From: Zootoca vivipara
Lineage: Eukaryota
Assembly (NCBI RefSeq): GCF_963506605.1
Contig: NC_083277.1
Location: forward strand, 4,588,001-4,652,000
DNA: 64,000 bases
Direction: 5' to 3'
Both the position numbers and the translations under genes were made by a program. This document shows positions 1 through 12,120 of this stretch, in pieces. Numbering within the stretch: the stretch's first letter is position 1; each line of letters opens with the position of its first letter. Under the pieces are notes generated by a model that saw only the letters and a list, made by a program, of their open reading frames with translations, was not told where the DNA came from and did no database searches.

Positions 1-745
1 CAGAGGTACCACTGTATTATTTTAGAGTATATATGAATGCACAATATGGAGTGTTAGGGTTGTAACCAACCTTATTCCTACTCAGAGTAGACCCATTGGT
101 ATTAATATCAATATGACTAACTTGGGTTCATTGGGTTGGATTCTACTAACTTGAGAACGTAACTTGTTGTATGCCTGAAGTAAAGTACACTCATATGACA
201 GGACCTTCCGCCTCTCCCCCACGAACACACATCCTAAATCTGTGAAAACTCACTTTTACAATATCTGGGCTGTATCTGAATATAAACACAACTTGGGGTA
301 GTTACTTCTGGACATCATGAGCACATGAAACTTCCTTTTATTTATTCACTTCTTTTCATTTGTGAACTCTTCCTATGAAACAATAAGAAATATACAGGTA
401 TAATAGGACCATTTCCTATATTAAAACAATTCCATATAGAAAAGCAATTTCACATTCAATACATATGCAGACTGTTTGTGGGACGGCACCAACTTGTCCT
501 TCAGCTCAGTCCTCAAAATGTCTTGACCCAGTGCTGTTTCTACTTAAAAGCCTTGTTCAGAAAGTAAGGTTTTAAATAGGCACCAAAGTGATAGCAGATA
601 TGGTTGTATACATCAGCACCTCAATCTTTTCCTGTGTCAGAACATGGAGCCACCAAGACCAATATCTACAGAAGCTTCTAAAGCAGTGCAATTTGGACCC
701 TTTGCATAAAAATGGGTGAAGGCATGCCAAATTGGTCCTCTTCAG

Positions 746-845
746 ATGGCGAACATTGCACAAAATGCCCAGAAGATCAGCATCTAAATAAGGACCAAGA
801 TCAATCTGTTCTCAAGATTATCACCTTCCTGGCTTATGAAGAACA
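746..845 (+). pseudogene. Vomeronasal type-2 receptor (V2R) fragment: start of the last exon (end of Cys-rich domain), truncated
   Basis: Acceptor cctcttcAG, then [33 protein letters not shown], matching the V2R/class C GPCR motif 'D..C..CPEDQYPN..QCIPK.ITFLSYEE'. One Cys is lost and similarity breaks off before TM1. Confidence 0.8.
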
Positions 846-979
846 TAAGCGGAGAGGATCAAAAAATAGCACACACACACAAAAAATAGCACACACACAC
901 AAAAATAGTGCCTAACAAGCCCAGGCTTTGTCTGAACGGGCACAATCCGAGGCCTAGTGTGAGGGAAGCGGGAAAAAGC

Positions 980-1370
980 ACAAATGTGAGCTCTCCCACC
1001 TCCTTCTCTCTCTCTCCCTTCCTTCCCTCCCTCTTCCAACTTGAATAAAATAATGGAGGGAGGGCCAGGTAAGCCCCTCCTCACATAACTGATCTCAAGA
1101 CAAAGTGCATGCACACTATATGAATGACAATGCCCATCAACATGGGGGGGGGCGACTCCCTCAAATATTTAATGGGGGGGCAAAGGCACCTAGGTCTCTA
1201 GGAGGTGACTGCTATAGCTAGGACAATTCAGGAAAGCAACATGATGCATACATAAAACCATAGCAAACAGAGAAAAATGTACATTGAAAAAACCCTTTTT
1301 AATGACTGGGAGAATTCCATACAGTAATGTCTTTGCACCTTAGGCAGGTTGGTGTGCAAGCAGGTGCTCC
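980..1370 (+). repeat. Segmental-duplication block, direct paralog of ~54005-54275
   Basis: Shared strings such as ctcaagacaaagtgcatgcacactatatgaatgacaatgcccatcaa and tacagtaatgtctttgcaccttaggcaggttggtgtgcaagcaggtg. Confidence 0.85.
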
Positions 1371-1391
1371 TTCTGGTACTTTGGCCTAACC

Positions 1392-1527
1392 CAGGCATCC
1401 CCAAACTGTGGCCCTCCAGATGTTTTAGCCTACAACTCCCATGATTCCTAGCTAACAGGACCAGTGGTCGGGGAAGATGGGAATTGTAGTCCAAAACATC
1501 TGGAGGGCCGAAGTTTGGGGATGCCTG
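1392..1527. mobile_element. hAT-type MITE (136 bp)
   Basis: TIRs caggcatccccaaact...agtttggggatgcctg; 8-bp TSD gcctaacc. Confidence 0.9.
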
Positions 1528-1770
1528 GCCTAACCCCTCCCTAGCCTTTATATTAATCATCTGTGTTAATACTTTAATATCAATAAACCTTTAGAGTGAT
1601 ACCGTAATTATTATTATGTTTTTACAGACTGTATGTCGGCTATGTGTACTATGATGCCATTAATTAAAGGTGTGGTCAGCGCAGTGTGGTAAACATTGGA
1701 GATACAGTACTGACAGTTCCTTCATCACTGTATGCTCTTGCAGAAAACCTCCCCCATCCTACATACAAGG

Positions 1771-1875
1771 ATGATAAAGCAGAAAAGACTAGCATCTAAG
1801 CTTCCTTTTAAACTAGAGGTAGTAAAATATGCTAAGGAGCATGGAAACAGAGCAGCGGAGAGGATCAAAAAATAG
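1771..1875 (+). mobile_element. pogo-like transposase N-terminal remnant (Brinker-type DNA-binding domain)
   Basis: Translates MIKQKRLASKLPFKLEVVKYAKEHGNRAAER, resembling the BrkDBD motif 'FKL.VV.YA..HGNRAAER' of pogo/POGK-like transposases; broken at a rearrangement junction. Confidence 0.65.
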
Positions 1876-2269
1876 CAATGTATTAGTTTGTATGTTTGTA
1901 AGCTTTATTTTCTGGTCTTTTAAGACTATTCTGCAGTAAAGCTTTGAAACACATCCTTTGTAGTGGAGACTAATTGTTTTCTACTCTACACACGGTCTGT
2001 ATCAAAGATACCTCTCTTGGAGCAACTGTCACCATTTCTCAGCCCAACCCACCTCACAGGGTTGTTGCGGCGATAAAATGTAGAGGGGGGGAGAAGTGTG
2101 TCAATGTTTCACAAGAGCATTTGATGACAACCTGTCAACATACCCAGATCTGGTGCTTCTGTGAGGGATCGGGATCCTCTCCACACCTTATCTGGTTTTT
2201 TCTTGGCAGGAATTCCAATCAGGATTCAGGCCTCATCAGGGGACAGAAACTGACTTCGTTGCGCTGGTC

Positions 2270-2605
2270 AACCACATAACATCGGTCTCTAAAAAGACCT
2301 CCATTGGCTCCCAGTACATTTCCAAGCATAATTCAAAGTGTTGCTGCTGACCTTTCAAGCCCTAAACGTCCTCAGCACAGTATACCTGAAGGAGCGTCTC
2401 CACCCCCATCGTTCAACCCAGACACTGAAGTCCAGCACCAATGGCCTTCTGGCAGTTCCCTCCCTGCGTGATGTGAGGTTACAGGAAACCAGGCAGAGAG
2501 CCTTCTTGGTAGTGGCGCCCACCCTGTGGAACACCCTCCAATCAGATGTAAATGAAGTAAACAACTATCTGACTTTCAGCAGACATCTGAAAGCAGCCCT
2601 GTTCA
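2270..2605 (+). mobile_element. L2 LINE 3' fragment
   Basis: LHWLPV...TFQALN...YLKERL...RAFLVVAPTLWNTL...RHLKAALF, the L2 ORF2 C-terminus. Confidence 0.85.
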
Positions 2606-2870
2606 GTAGTTTTGTGGAATTGGAATGTAACTGCTGAGTAACAAATGTAGCTTCTTGTATGGGAAAAAAAAGAATAGAATATTATTACCTTTTTTTAAAA
2701 AAAAGTTTCCCTCACAGGGGAGTTGCTTGGTCGTTTTGGTGGTCCTTCATTGAACTTTCGTTTTGGTGGTCCTTCATTGAACTTTCCCATCTCTACAATA
2801 TCCTCATTCATCTACCTAAATGACAATTCAAGATAAATCACAATCATCATGCCCAGCGATGGGCATTTTC

Positions 2871-3776
2871 TTTTTTTAAAAAAAAATATTTATTGAAAGA
2901 TTTTTTTCTTAAAAAATACAAAATACAAGAATTTGAACATTCACTATTAATATATAATTCACCAATAATTCCTGTAAAAGAAAAAGAAAAAAGAAACAAA
3001 GGAAAAAAGATTTTAAAAACCCAAAAAGGACAAAAAACACAAAACCAGAAAAAAAGCAAAAAAGCAAAAAATATTCATTCTACTTAATATCACTTAATTA
3101 TAACCTTACCGACTTCCCCATCCCACCCTTCCCGAGGCTAATTTAATCCCCATCTAAACAGCTTCCATATTTCTATGAGTTACGACTTTTAACACAACAA
3201 TATTTAACTCTATCACATAAATATTCCATCTCTTCTTAAATAATCATTTAAGGTTCCAATTAATTCAGCTTTCTTCCCTTAGTCCTGCCACTAAGGGAGG
3301 TTCAATATTCCTCTTTTTAAGGGTTAGAAAGTTCCATCCGTGATCATGGCTGCCGGCAAGCTAGCTGTGTCATGATTCACTCGGTGAGGAAGGGCTCAAC
3401 CTCCGTTTTTAAATCCACTTCCTTTGCCTAATTATTTCCAACAACAAATCTTAAAAGTCTTAAAAGCAAATCTTGATGTTTTGGAGGTATCTGTTGCTCA
3501 TAATCCGTCAGCTCAGAGCTTTGCAAATGCGGGGGGAGCAAATCAACCCAAGGCTCCGTCTCCACTCTGCCTGCTCTCGGCTGCTCTGGCGAGCTAACCG
3601 GGCAGCGAGGGAGACTTCACGGGGCACTGCTGGGTGACTACGTCCTCAGAAAGCCCAATCTGAGGTTTTTCCGGGTGGCCACATCACTCGTGTGGCTCAC
3701 CCCCTCCTCCGCATTGCTAGGGGCCTCGGAGCCCGAGGCGACCCTCGCCGATTGGTGATGGCAGCAGATCGGAAGT
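2871..3776 (-). mobile_element. Non-autonomous L1-type retroelement (~906 bp: GC-rich 5' region plus A-tailed 3' region, no ORF)
   Basis: 18-bp TSD ccagcgatgggcattttc (2853-2870 and 3777-3794); aataaa and A-rich tail at the left end on the minus strand; GC-rich head starting acttccg; empty site in the paralog near 31700-31720. Confidence 0.75.
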
Positions 3777-4489
3777 CCAGCGATGGGCATTTTCAGGATG
3801 GTGACAGTGGGTTGCAACTACTCAGATTGCTGGAATCCTTTGTTGGTGAAATGAAATCACGAATGTAATCTAGAAGTGTATATTGAACTTTAGATGTGTT
3901 TCTTCACATCCTCCTCATTTTTGAGGCTGTCCCTTTGTGTGTAGTTCAATAAAGGCCTGTCTTTTCACTTGGAGCCTCCATTCTTTTCTTTTTGTTTTCT
4001 GGGTGGGAGACCTTCCTTCGAGAAACCCCTTTTAAATTTCTCCAGCACAGCAATCCAGAAATCTACGCTGCATCTAGATACATCAAAAAAATTCAGGGAA
4101 ACGTGTTGTAAAACATTCCTAATGGGAAATCATGTTGGCAAAAGATGGAACTCCACAGCGCCATCTGGTGTCACAGTGTTATAATGCATTTAACACGCTT
4201 TAAAAAAACAACTATTATACCTGAGTCCCAGGTATAGTGCTTCCTTTGTCTAGTGGCAAGAGCAGCATTTGAAACACCCTAAGGACTAGGTGTATTTTGC
4301 AACTTGCCACGATCCTATTGCGACTGGTTTTAGATGCATGGGCGACTGAGCCCTGTCACTACTCATCATGTAAGCACTCTCTGCTGCTGGAGGAGGAGGG
4401 CAGGTGTAGGTATCCTTTAAGCCCCATCCCTGCCCATCCTGGCTTGGCAGGCGATACCAACACTGCTATTGCCATAGCAAATGGGGGGG

Positions 4490-5170
<681 letters not shown>

Positions 5171-6060
5171 AGCTTACAAAGATACAAATTAATACATTGC
5201 TCCACTGAGTTCTCAGGTTCCATTTTCTGCCAAAATAGACCACTCGGTTTTCTAGCAATGAGTCACCATTAAGCCCAGGGTTTTCCAAACTTGGTTCTCC
5301 AGCTGTTTATGGACTACAATTCCCATCATCCCTAGCTAGCAGGACCAGTAGTCAGGAATGATTGGAACTGTAGTCCAAAAACAGCTGGAGACCCAGGTCT
5401 CCAAACCTCCAAACACCCCACTATTTGTTACAGACAAACCTCTCCTGTCTAATGCAAACTTCTCTTTATATCGCTTCAAATACAATTCATTCATACGCCA
5501 CATCTTATACATATTAAACACATATATTTAACACCGTACATCAGCCAGTATAATTGATCGTGAAACTTATTAAACTTCTAAATGCAAAACTACATGATCA
5601 GATTAGCTCTTATTTTAAGAAGATGGGAGTTAGCAAATTGATTGAAGTGCGGATTCTGACTAACATCAGGAAGAACTTTCTGACAATAAGAGCTTTTCAA
5701 CAGGGGAACAAACTCCTTTGGTGGGTTGTGGACTCCCCTTCATTGCTTAAATCTTCCATTGAGATTTTAGCATTGCAGCACGTTGGACTAGATGTCCCTT
5801 GGGGCCCTTCCCATTATATGATTTTATGGCTCTATCTATGTGATAAGAGTGAAATGTGAGTGAAAATTGTTCCACATTCCATATATTTAAAATGTTTCTC
5901 CTATGTGAATTCGCTGATGTATATGAACATTCCACTTTCACTGAAGCTCTTTCCACACTCCATGCATTTAAATGGTTTCTTCCAGATGTAAATTTGTTGA
6001 TGTGAAGGTGTGATTACTAGCTGAACCACTTTCCACACTGCACACATTTAAATGCTTTTT

Positions 6061-7712
6061 TTATCCTGTGTGAGTTTGTTGATGTTTTCTAAGTGTTCCT
6101 CTTTGACGGAAGCGCTTCCCACACTCCATACATTTAAATGGTTTCTCCCCTGTATGAATTTGTAGATGTTTTGCATGGCTTCCACTGTTAGCGGACATCT
6201 TCCCACACTCCATACATTTAAATGGTTTCTCCCCTGTGTGGGACCGTAGATGAATATTAAGACTTCCCCTCTCACTGAAGCACTTTCCACACTCTGTGCA
6301 TTTAAAGGGTTTCTCCCCTGTGTGAATTCGTAGATGTTTTTTAAGGCTTCCACTTTGACTGAAGCGCTTTCCACACTCCATACATTTAAATGGTTTTTCT
6401 CCTGTGTGAATTTGTAGATGTTTTTTAAGGTTTTCACATCGATTGAAGCAGTTTCCGCACTCCATACATTTAAACGGTTTTTCTCCTGTGTGAATTCGTA
6501 AATGTTTTGCATGGCTTCCACTGTCAGCGGACATCTTCCCACACTCCATACATTCAAATGGTTTCTCCCCTGTGTGGGACCGTAGATGAATATTAAGACT
6601 TCCCCTCTCACTGAAGCACTTTCCACACTCCGTGCATTTAAAGGGTTTCTCCCCTGTGTGGATTCGTAGATGTTTTTTAAGGTTGCAACTTTGATTGAAG
6701 CAGTTTCCACACTCCATACATTTAAACGGTTTTTCTCCTGTGTGAATCCGCTGATGTGTTCTATGGTTTCGACTTTCTGTGAAAGTCTTCCCACACTCCA
6801 TACATTTAAATGGTTTCTCCCCTGTGTGAATTCGTAAATGTTTTGCATGGCTTCCACTATCCGTGAAAGTCTTCCCACACTCCATACATTTAAATGGCTT
6901 CTCCCCTGTGTGAGTTCTCTGGTGTGTAGTAAGGTAATGCTTCCACCTGAAACACTTCCCACACTCCATACATTCATATGGTTTCTCCCCTGTGTGAGTT
7001 CGCTGGTGTAAAGTAAGGTATTGTTTCCACTTGAAACACTTTCCACACTCCATACATTCATATGGTTTCTCCCCTGTGTGAGTTTGCTGGTGTATTTTAA
7101 GGTAATGTTTCCACTTGAAACACTTTCTGCACTCCATACACTCAAATAGCTTCTTCCCTGTGTGAGTTCGCTGGTGTATAGCAAGGTTCTGATTCCATTT
7201 GAAAGACTTTCCGCACTCCATACATTTGAATGGCTTCTCCCCTGTGTGAATTCTTTGATGCGAACTAAGGGACGCATGATCAATGAAGCTCTTTCCGCAC
7301 TCCAAACATTTAAAAGGTTTCTCCCCTGTGTGAATTTGTAGATGTTTCCTAAAGTTTCCACTTTGACTGAAGCTCTTTCCGCACTCCAAACATTTAAAAG
7401 GTTTCTCCCCTGTGTGAGTGAGTTGATGAACAATAAGACTTCCCCTCACACTGAAGCATTTTCCACACTCTATGCATTTAAATGGTTTTTCTCCTGTGTG
7501 AATCCGCTGATGTGTTCTATGGCTTCCAGAATCAGCAAATGTCTTTCCACACTCCATACACTGAAATGGTTTCTCCCCTGTGTGAGTTCGCCAATGTTTT
7601 GTAAGGTGTTCTTTCCGGCTGAACGACTTTCCACATTTTGTACATTTAAATGGTTTCTTCAATAAAATTCCAGGTGACTTCTTGGAACTCTGACTATTGT
7701 TTCCATCACATA
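6061..7712 (-). CDS. Tandem C2H2 zinc-finger protein, finger exon (19 fingers)
   Basis: Open ORF with 19 C-x2-C-x12-H-x3-H fingers and TGEKP linkers; phase-1 acceptor ttttctttcctccccAAG. The TAA at 6061-6063 is followed by decayed fingers to ~5860. Confidence 0.9.
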
Positions 7713-8674
7713 CTTGGGGAGGAAAGAAAATCCTGTTAGGCTTCCAAGGAAGAGGAAGAAGTAACAAAACACACATCTGGTGCAAATAACAACTCTTATT
7801 TCAATATCTCTTCTGTTCTCCCTTTTCATGTTCCAATTTTTTAGGAATACACCAAAAACAATGTAAATATATATAGTAATGCCAAGTGTTACAATCTGGG
7901 CAGCAAATGAAAACTTTCCTATTTTCCCTGTCCTTTGCCTAATTAAATCATCTCTGTCTTGTGTGTGTGGGTGTACTGTTTCGGTTGTTACAATGTTATG
8001 TATTTTTCTATTTTCTGTTATGCTTAGATGAAGGGTGGTATATGAACAATTCTATGTACACTTGGAAGAGACCCCAAGGGTCCTCTTGTCAAAACTTCTG
8101 CAATGCAGCAATCTCGAATCTGCATCTAACCTCTGCTTAAAAGCCCCCAAAGGAGGAGAGGCCACCACTTTCAGAGGGTGTCTGTTCTACTGTTTAGCTG
8201 GATTCACATTTCTTGTAATCTGAATCCATTGGATCAGCTCCTACCCTCCAGAGATGAAGATAACCAGCTTGCTCCATCTTCACGTGACAGCACTTTAGAT
8301 AGATATATGAAGATGGCATATCTCTTCCCAATCTCCTTTTACCCAAGCTACACAAACCCAGCTTCCTCAGCTATTCCTCATAAGGCTTGGTTTCCAGTCC
8401 CTTGATCATGTTAAGCTTGTGGTCTACTAAGGTCTTGAGACATGAACTACTGGCAAGCCAGGTTTTCTGTTTTTTATATTGTAATCTGTGCAGCGATGCT
8501 TAGATGAAGGTTAGTATATGAGAAATTCTATGGAAACTTGGAAGAGACTCCACAGGCTCTCTTGTGCAATCCCCTGCAGTGGAAATAGCACCTAAAACTC
8601 AAAAGCCTTGGAAAAGGATTTCCTCTTCACCATCCATCTATCTGTGTCCCTGTCTCCACTCCCCTGGAACTCAC

Positions 8675-8815
8675 CAGATATCTCTGAGGGCCCTGGGAAA
8701 AAATGCTCAGAGGTTTTGGGGAGGGATGCAGGAGGCAGTCTAATAAGGTCAACTGTCCATCTTCCTCCTTCCATCCTTGCTCGGTTTGCAGGTTCAGCCG
8801 CTTTCATCCTTCCTT
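8675..8815 (-). CDS. Duplicate N-terminal exon (MEGGRWTVDLIRLPP...SETS) with its 5' end replaced by an L1 3' fragment
   Basis: Paralog of 9563-9726; ATG at 8774; phase-1 donor G/GTGAGT; the original acceptor is missing. Confidence 0.55.
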
Positions 8816-9262
8816 TTTAAAAAGTTTTTATTAAACAAATTTAAAACAATGCATTGTCTATCACATTGTCAATTACATTTCCCCCCTTTTGTCCCCTCCC
8901 CTCCCTTCATCCCCCTTCCCTCAACTCCCCCCCCTCAACTCCCCCCCCCCCGTTTTATTCTCACAAGGTTTCCTCTGCATGTTATCAAATTGTACATATT
9001 TTCACCTTATCTAATTGTGGGTGTTAATTCAAAACCTCCTAAGGAGTCCAGTTCGTTTTGTTGTCTTTTTAAGTAATGGGTTAAAAAAAATCCCATTCTT
9101 CTTTAGAATCCCTAACAAAAATGCTTCTGGTTTTTTAACAAATGTTCTTTTAAACATTTTTTTCAGCTCATTGTATATCATCTCCCAATTTTTGTAAAAC
9201 TTCTCTACATTCCCACCACATATGGTAAAAAGTTTCCTCCTTTTCCCCAGTTCTCAAATTGT
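8816..9262 (-). mobile_element. L1 LINE 3' fragment
   Basis: Minus strand encodes FYHMWWEC (L1 ORF2 CCHC region), followed by a G-rich 3'UTR and aataaa; paralogous to 48480-49010 and 49470-50965. Confidence 0.7.
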
Positions 9263-9562
9263 ATGTTGTGTCCTACAACTTGCGCCCATTTGATCATGTT
9301 AAGCTTGTGGTCTACTAAGGCCCTGAGTCATGTACTACGGGCAAGCCAGGTTTTCTGTTTTTATATTGTAATATGTGCAGTGATGCTTAGATGAAGAAAT
9401 TATATGAGAAATTCTATGTAAACTTGGAAGAGACCCCGCGGGCTCTCTTGCGCAATCCCCTGCAGTAGAAATTGCACCTAAACCTCAAAAGGTTTTCCTC
9501 TTCACCATCCATCTATTGATCCATTTATGGTATGTCCCCATCTCCACTCCCCTGGAACTCAC

Positions 9563-9726
9563 CAGATGTCTCTGAGGGCCCTGGCAGAAAATGCTCAGAG
9601 GTTTTGGGGAGGGATGCAGGAGGCAGTCTGATAAGGTCAACTGTCCATCTTCCTCCTGCCATCCTTGCTAGGTTTGTAGGTTCAGTCGCTTTGGTCCTTC
9701 CTGAGGAGCTCAGAAGCTGCAGGTTC
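9563..9726 (-). CDS. N-terminal exon of the 19-finger ZNF gene (ATG at 9662: MAGGRWTVDLIRLPPASLPKTSEHFLPGPSETS)
   Basis: Polypyrimidine acceptor cttcttccttcccAG; donor G/GTGAGT in phase 1, matching the phase-1 acceptor of the finger exon. Confidence 0.7.
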
Positions 9727-9997
9727 CTGGGAAGGAAGAAGAAGCAAAGGGAGCCTCAGAGGCCCTGCAGGGATTCTCCTGCCCAAAACATTCTGGAGCC
9801 CCTAGAGAAGTTCAAATGGGGTAACCCTTCCAACAAGGCCAATTTTTAAAGGTTTTTTTGGTGATACCAATTCAATCTGTCCTCTCCCTGCCAGGGCTTA
9901 CTTATGAGTAAATCTGCACAGGGCTGCTTTCTGATACCCAGAAACATGCACCAGGTGAGAAGACCGCTCCCCTCCCTCCCTCCAGCCAGGACTTTCT

Positions 9998-10317
9998 CTT
10001 TTTTCTTTTCTTTTTAAGGTTAAAGTTCTTTAATCTTTAAATGCGCATCAATTACACCTCTTTTATTTTGACTTCCAGTTTACCTCTCTGTAGTTTGTAG
10101 TCAAAATAAAAGAGGTGTAATTGATGCGCATTTAAAGATTTTTGTCCAATATTTCATGTGTGGTTTTTTTGTGTGTTCTTTGTTTTGTTTTGTTTTTCTG
10201 CATTTTTTTCTGTAAAAGAAATATGTGGGTGAAGAACGTTTGTGTTTGTAATTATGTTGTTTGTTAATGTTTTTTAACAAGAAAATTAATAAAAACCTAT
10301 TATTATTTTTTAAAAAA
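9998..10317. mobile_element. Short retroposon-like insertion with an internal inversion (42-bp perfect inverted repeat)
   Basis: TSD-like gactttct at 9990-9997 and 10318-10325; absent at the paralogous site ~28277; T-rich left end and aataaa/A-rich right end. Confidence 0.6.
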
Positions 10318-11099
10318 GACTTTCTTGACATTTCTGCTAACTTTGGGGAGGAGGGTTCCCTTCCAGCCCCCACCCAACCATTTCTCCTTCTCTTCCCACA
10401 ACCCCCTGGAACTCAGCACACCACTCCCTGCCTCAAGTAATGATGGTGATGATCCAGCCTCTTTTAAACTATTTTGTAGAGCTCAAAGTTTAAACAAGTT
10501 GTGGCGTCTTGGGAGGGAGGGAAGCCCCAGACCCCTACAGAGACTGACCCAGGTGGACCTTTGCTCTAATTCGGTGTCATGCAGCATCCTACCTTGGGAG
10601 CCCCCAGTTCCTGAGGGAGAAGCAGTTTCCAAGGAGGAGGGGGGAGAAAGCAATTCGGACCCCCCCCTTATGGATGTGACCTTAAGGAGACTCCTGGGCA
10701 GGAGGGAGAAACCAAGGCAGCCCCTATGGAGATTTCCTCGTCTAAGATAGAGCCCTTTCTCTCAAGCCCCGCCCCATATAACTGATCATATGACACAGTA
10801 CATATATCTATATCTATCTATCCACACACCACACACACACACACACCAGCCGCCTCAAGTGTTTTATTGTGGTGGCCAAAGCCCTCACGGGCTCCATGGA
10901 TCTGTCTTCTACGTTCCTCCCCCCCAGAACCAGAGAACTGGAGCTGGAAGGGAAACCGAAGGGTCAGATTCTAACCCCCCCCCCCCCCGCAATGCAGGGG
11001 TCGCAGGAACAGCATCTGCCAAAGATGGATGCCCACCCTCTTTCCCCCCTTGGAGTCCCCTATTCTCAAGGGGCATCCACTTCCGAGCCCCCCAAACAG

Positions 11100-12120
11100 C
11101 CCGCTCAACCCCGGGGGTCATGGGTGGGGGCTGCTGGGACCTCGGAGGTCTTGGGTCCCATGGCTTCCCTCCCCCCCCAACCCAGGGGATCCTCCCATTC
11201 ATCTCTCAGCCCCCCAATCGCCTACTCTGCACCCCGCGTCGCCCCAGAGACTCCCCTTCGCCTAAAGGACTCACCGCCTCAGACAAGCTGAAAGAGACCA
11301 CACGAGGTGGCGGGACCGGAAGAGGGGGCTTTCCCAGGCCGCTCTAGGCAACCGGACTCTCTCGCTCCCCTTAACCCTTACGTGTCCTTGCCGCTCGGGT
11401 ATTCCTGCTCAGGCTGAACCTGCGCAAGACACCGGGAGGGATCCGGATCCCGCCAGATTCAGGACAGGACTGGGCAACGCTCGTCTAGGCTCCCTCGCTG
11501 GGAAAGGGGCATATACAGGGGCCAGCTCCTAGGGGCCCGGGGCCCTTGGGGGGCAATTGCATATTGGAGGGGCGATAGGTGGGATGGTTCAGTGGGTACA
11601 GCATGAGGCTCTTCATCTCAGGGTTGCCGGTTAGAGACCCATGTTGGGCAAAAGAGGGGGGTTGGACTAGATTTGGGGGGGGCGGACAGGGCCAGGCTAC
11701 AAGACGAGTGGGCTTACAAGGACAGAACCGAGGAACGGTACAGTTGGAAGGTGATCTCCGAGGGTCATCCAGACCAACCCGCTGCGATGCTGGAATCGCC
11801 ACGGAAGCATCCACGAGAGACGGCCTCCCGCTGCCAGTCTGCACCATCCTGGTCCACCGATGTTGCCATGCGTGGCCCCCTTTCAAAGCAAGAGGTTCTC
11901 TCTCTCTCCCTGGGGAGAGCGGGTGGGATGGAGGTAGTCTATGCAACTCTGTGGGACGAAAGGGAATATTCTCCCCTCCCCACCCCACAAACTCGCCTCC
12001 GCCAGCCTCCAAACATGGCTGTAGTCAGGGGGCATCTGCCAACCCTGCCCTGCAATCAAGTAAATAAATAAAAGGACTTCACTAACTGACAGATCATGTT
12101 GCAGATAGCTCGGTTCTTGC
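11100..12120 (-). promoter_or_regulatory. GC-rich promoter / non-coding first-exon module (copy 1), donor at ~11270-11275
   Basis: CpG-rich; ETS-like cttccggt; minus-strand donor CG/GTGAGT; lies upstream of ZNF exons. Copies at 20930-21720 (inverted) and 29230-30170. Confidence 0.55.

Noticed and set aside
6048-7433. 461-aa alternative-frame ORF ([13 protein letters not shown] repeats), and similar ORFs at 26836 and 52480
   Set aside because: Shifted-frame by-product of the 84-bp finger repeat; no independent evidence of coding
6061-7700. Regular 84-bp repeats with variable cores, superficially CRISPR-like
   Set aside because: They are C2H2 finger codons in a vertebrate genome; no cas genes
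7713-7785. ORF-track N-termini '[16 protein letters not shown]' (also at 38409 and 52338) as signal peptides
   Set aside because: Intronic polypyrimidine tract upstream of the acceptor, with non-ATG starts
11583-11672. tRNA-Lys-like sequence (also at ~21175-21240 and ~29720-29790)
   Set aside because: Degenerate boxes and stems, followed by a SINE-type tail; a decayed tRNA-derived SINE copied with the duplication
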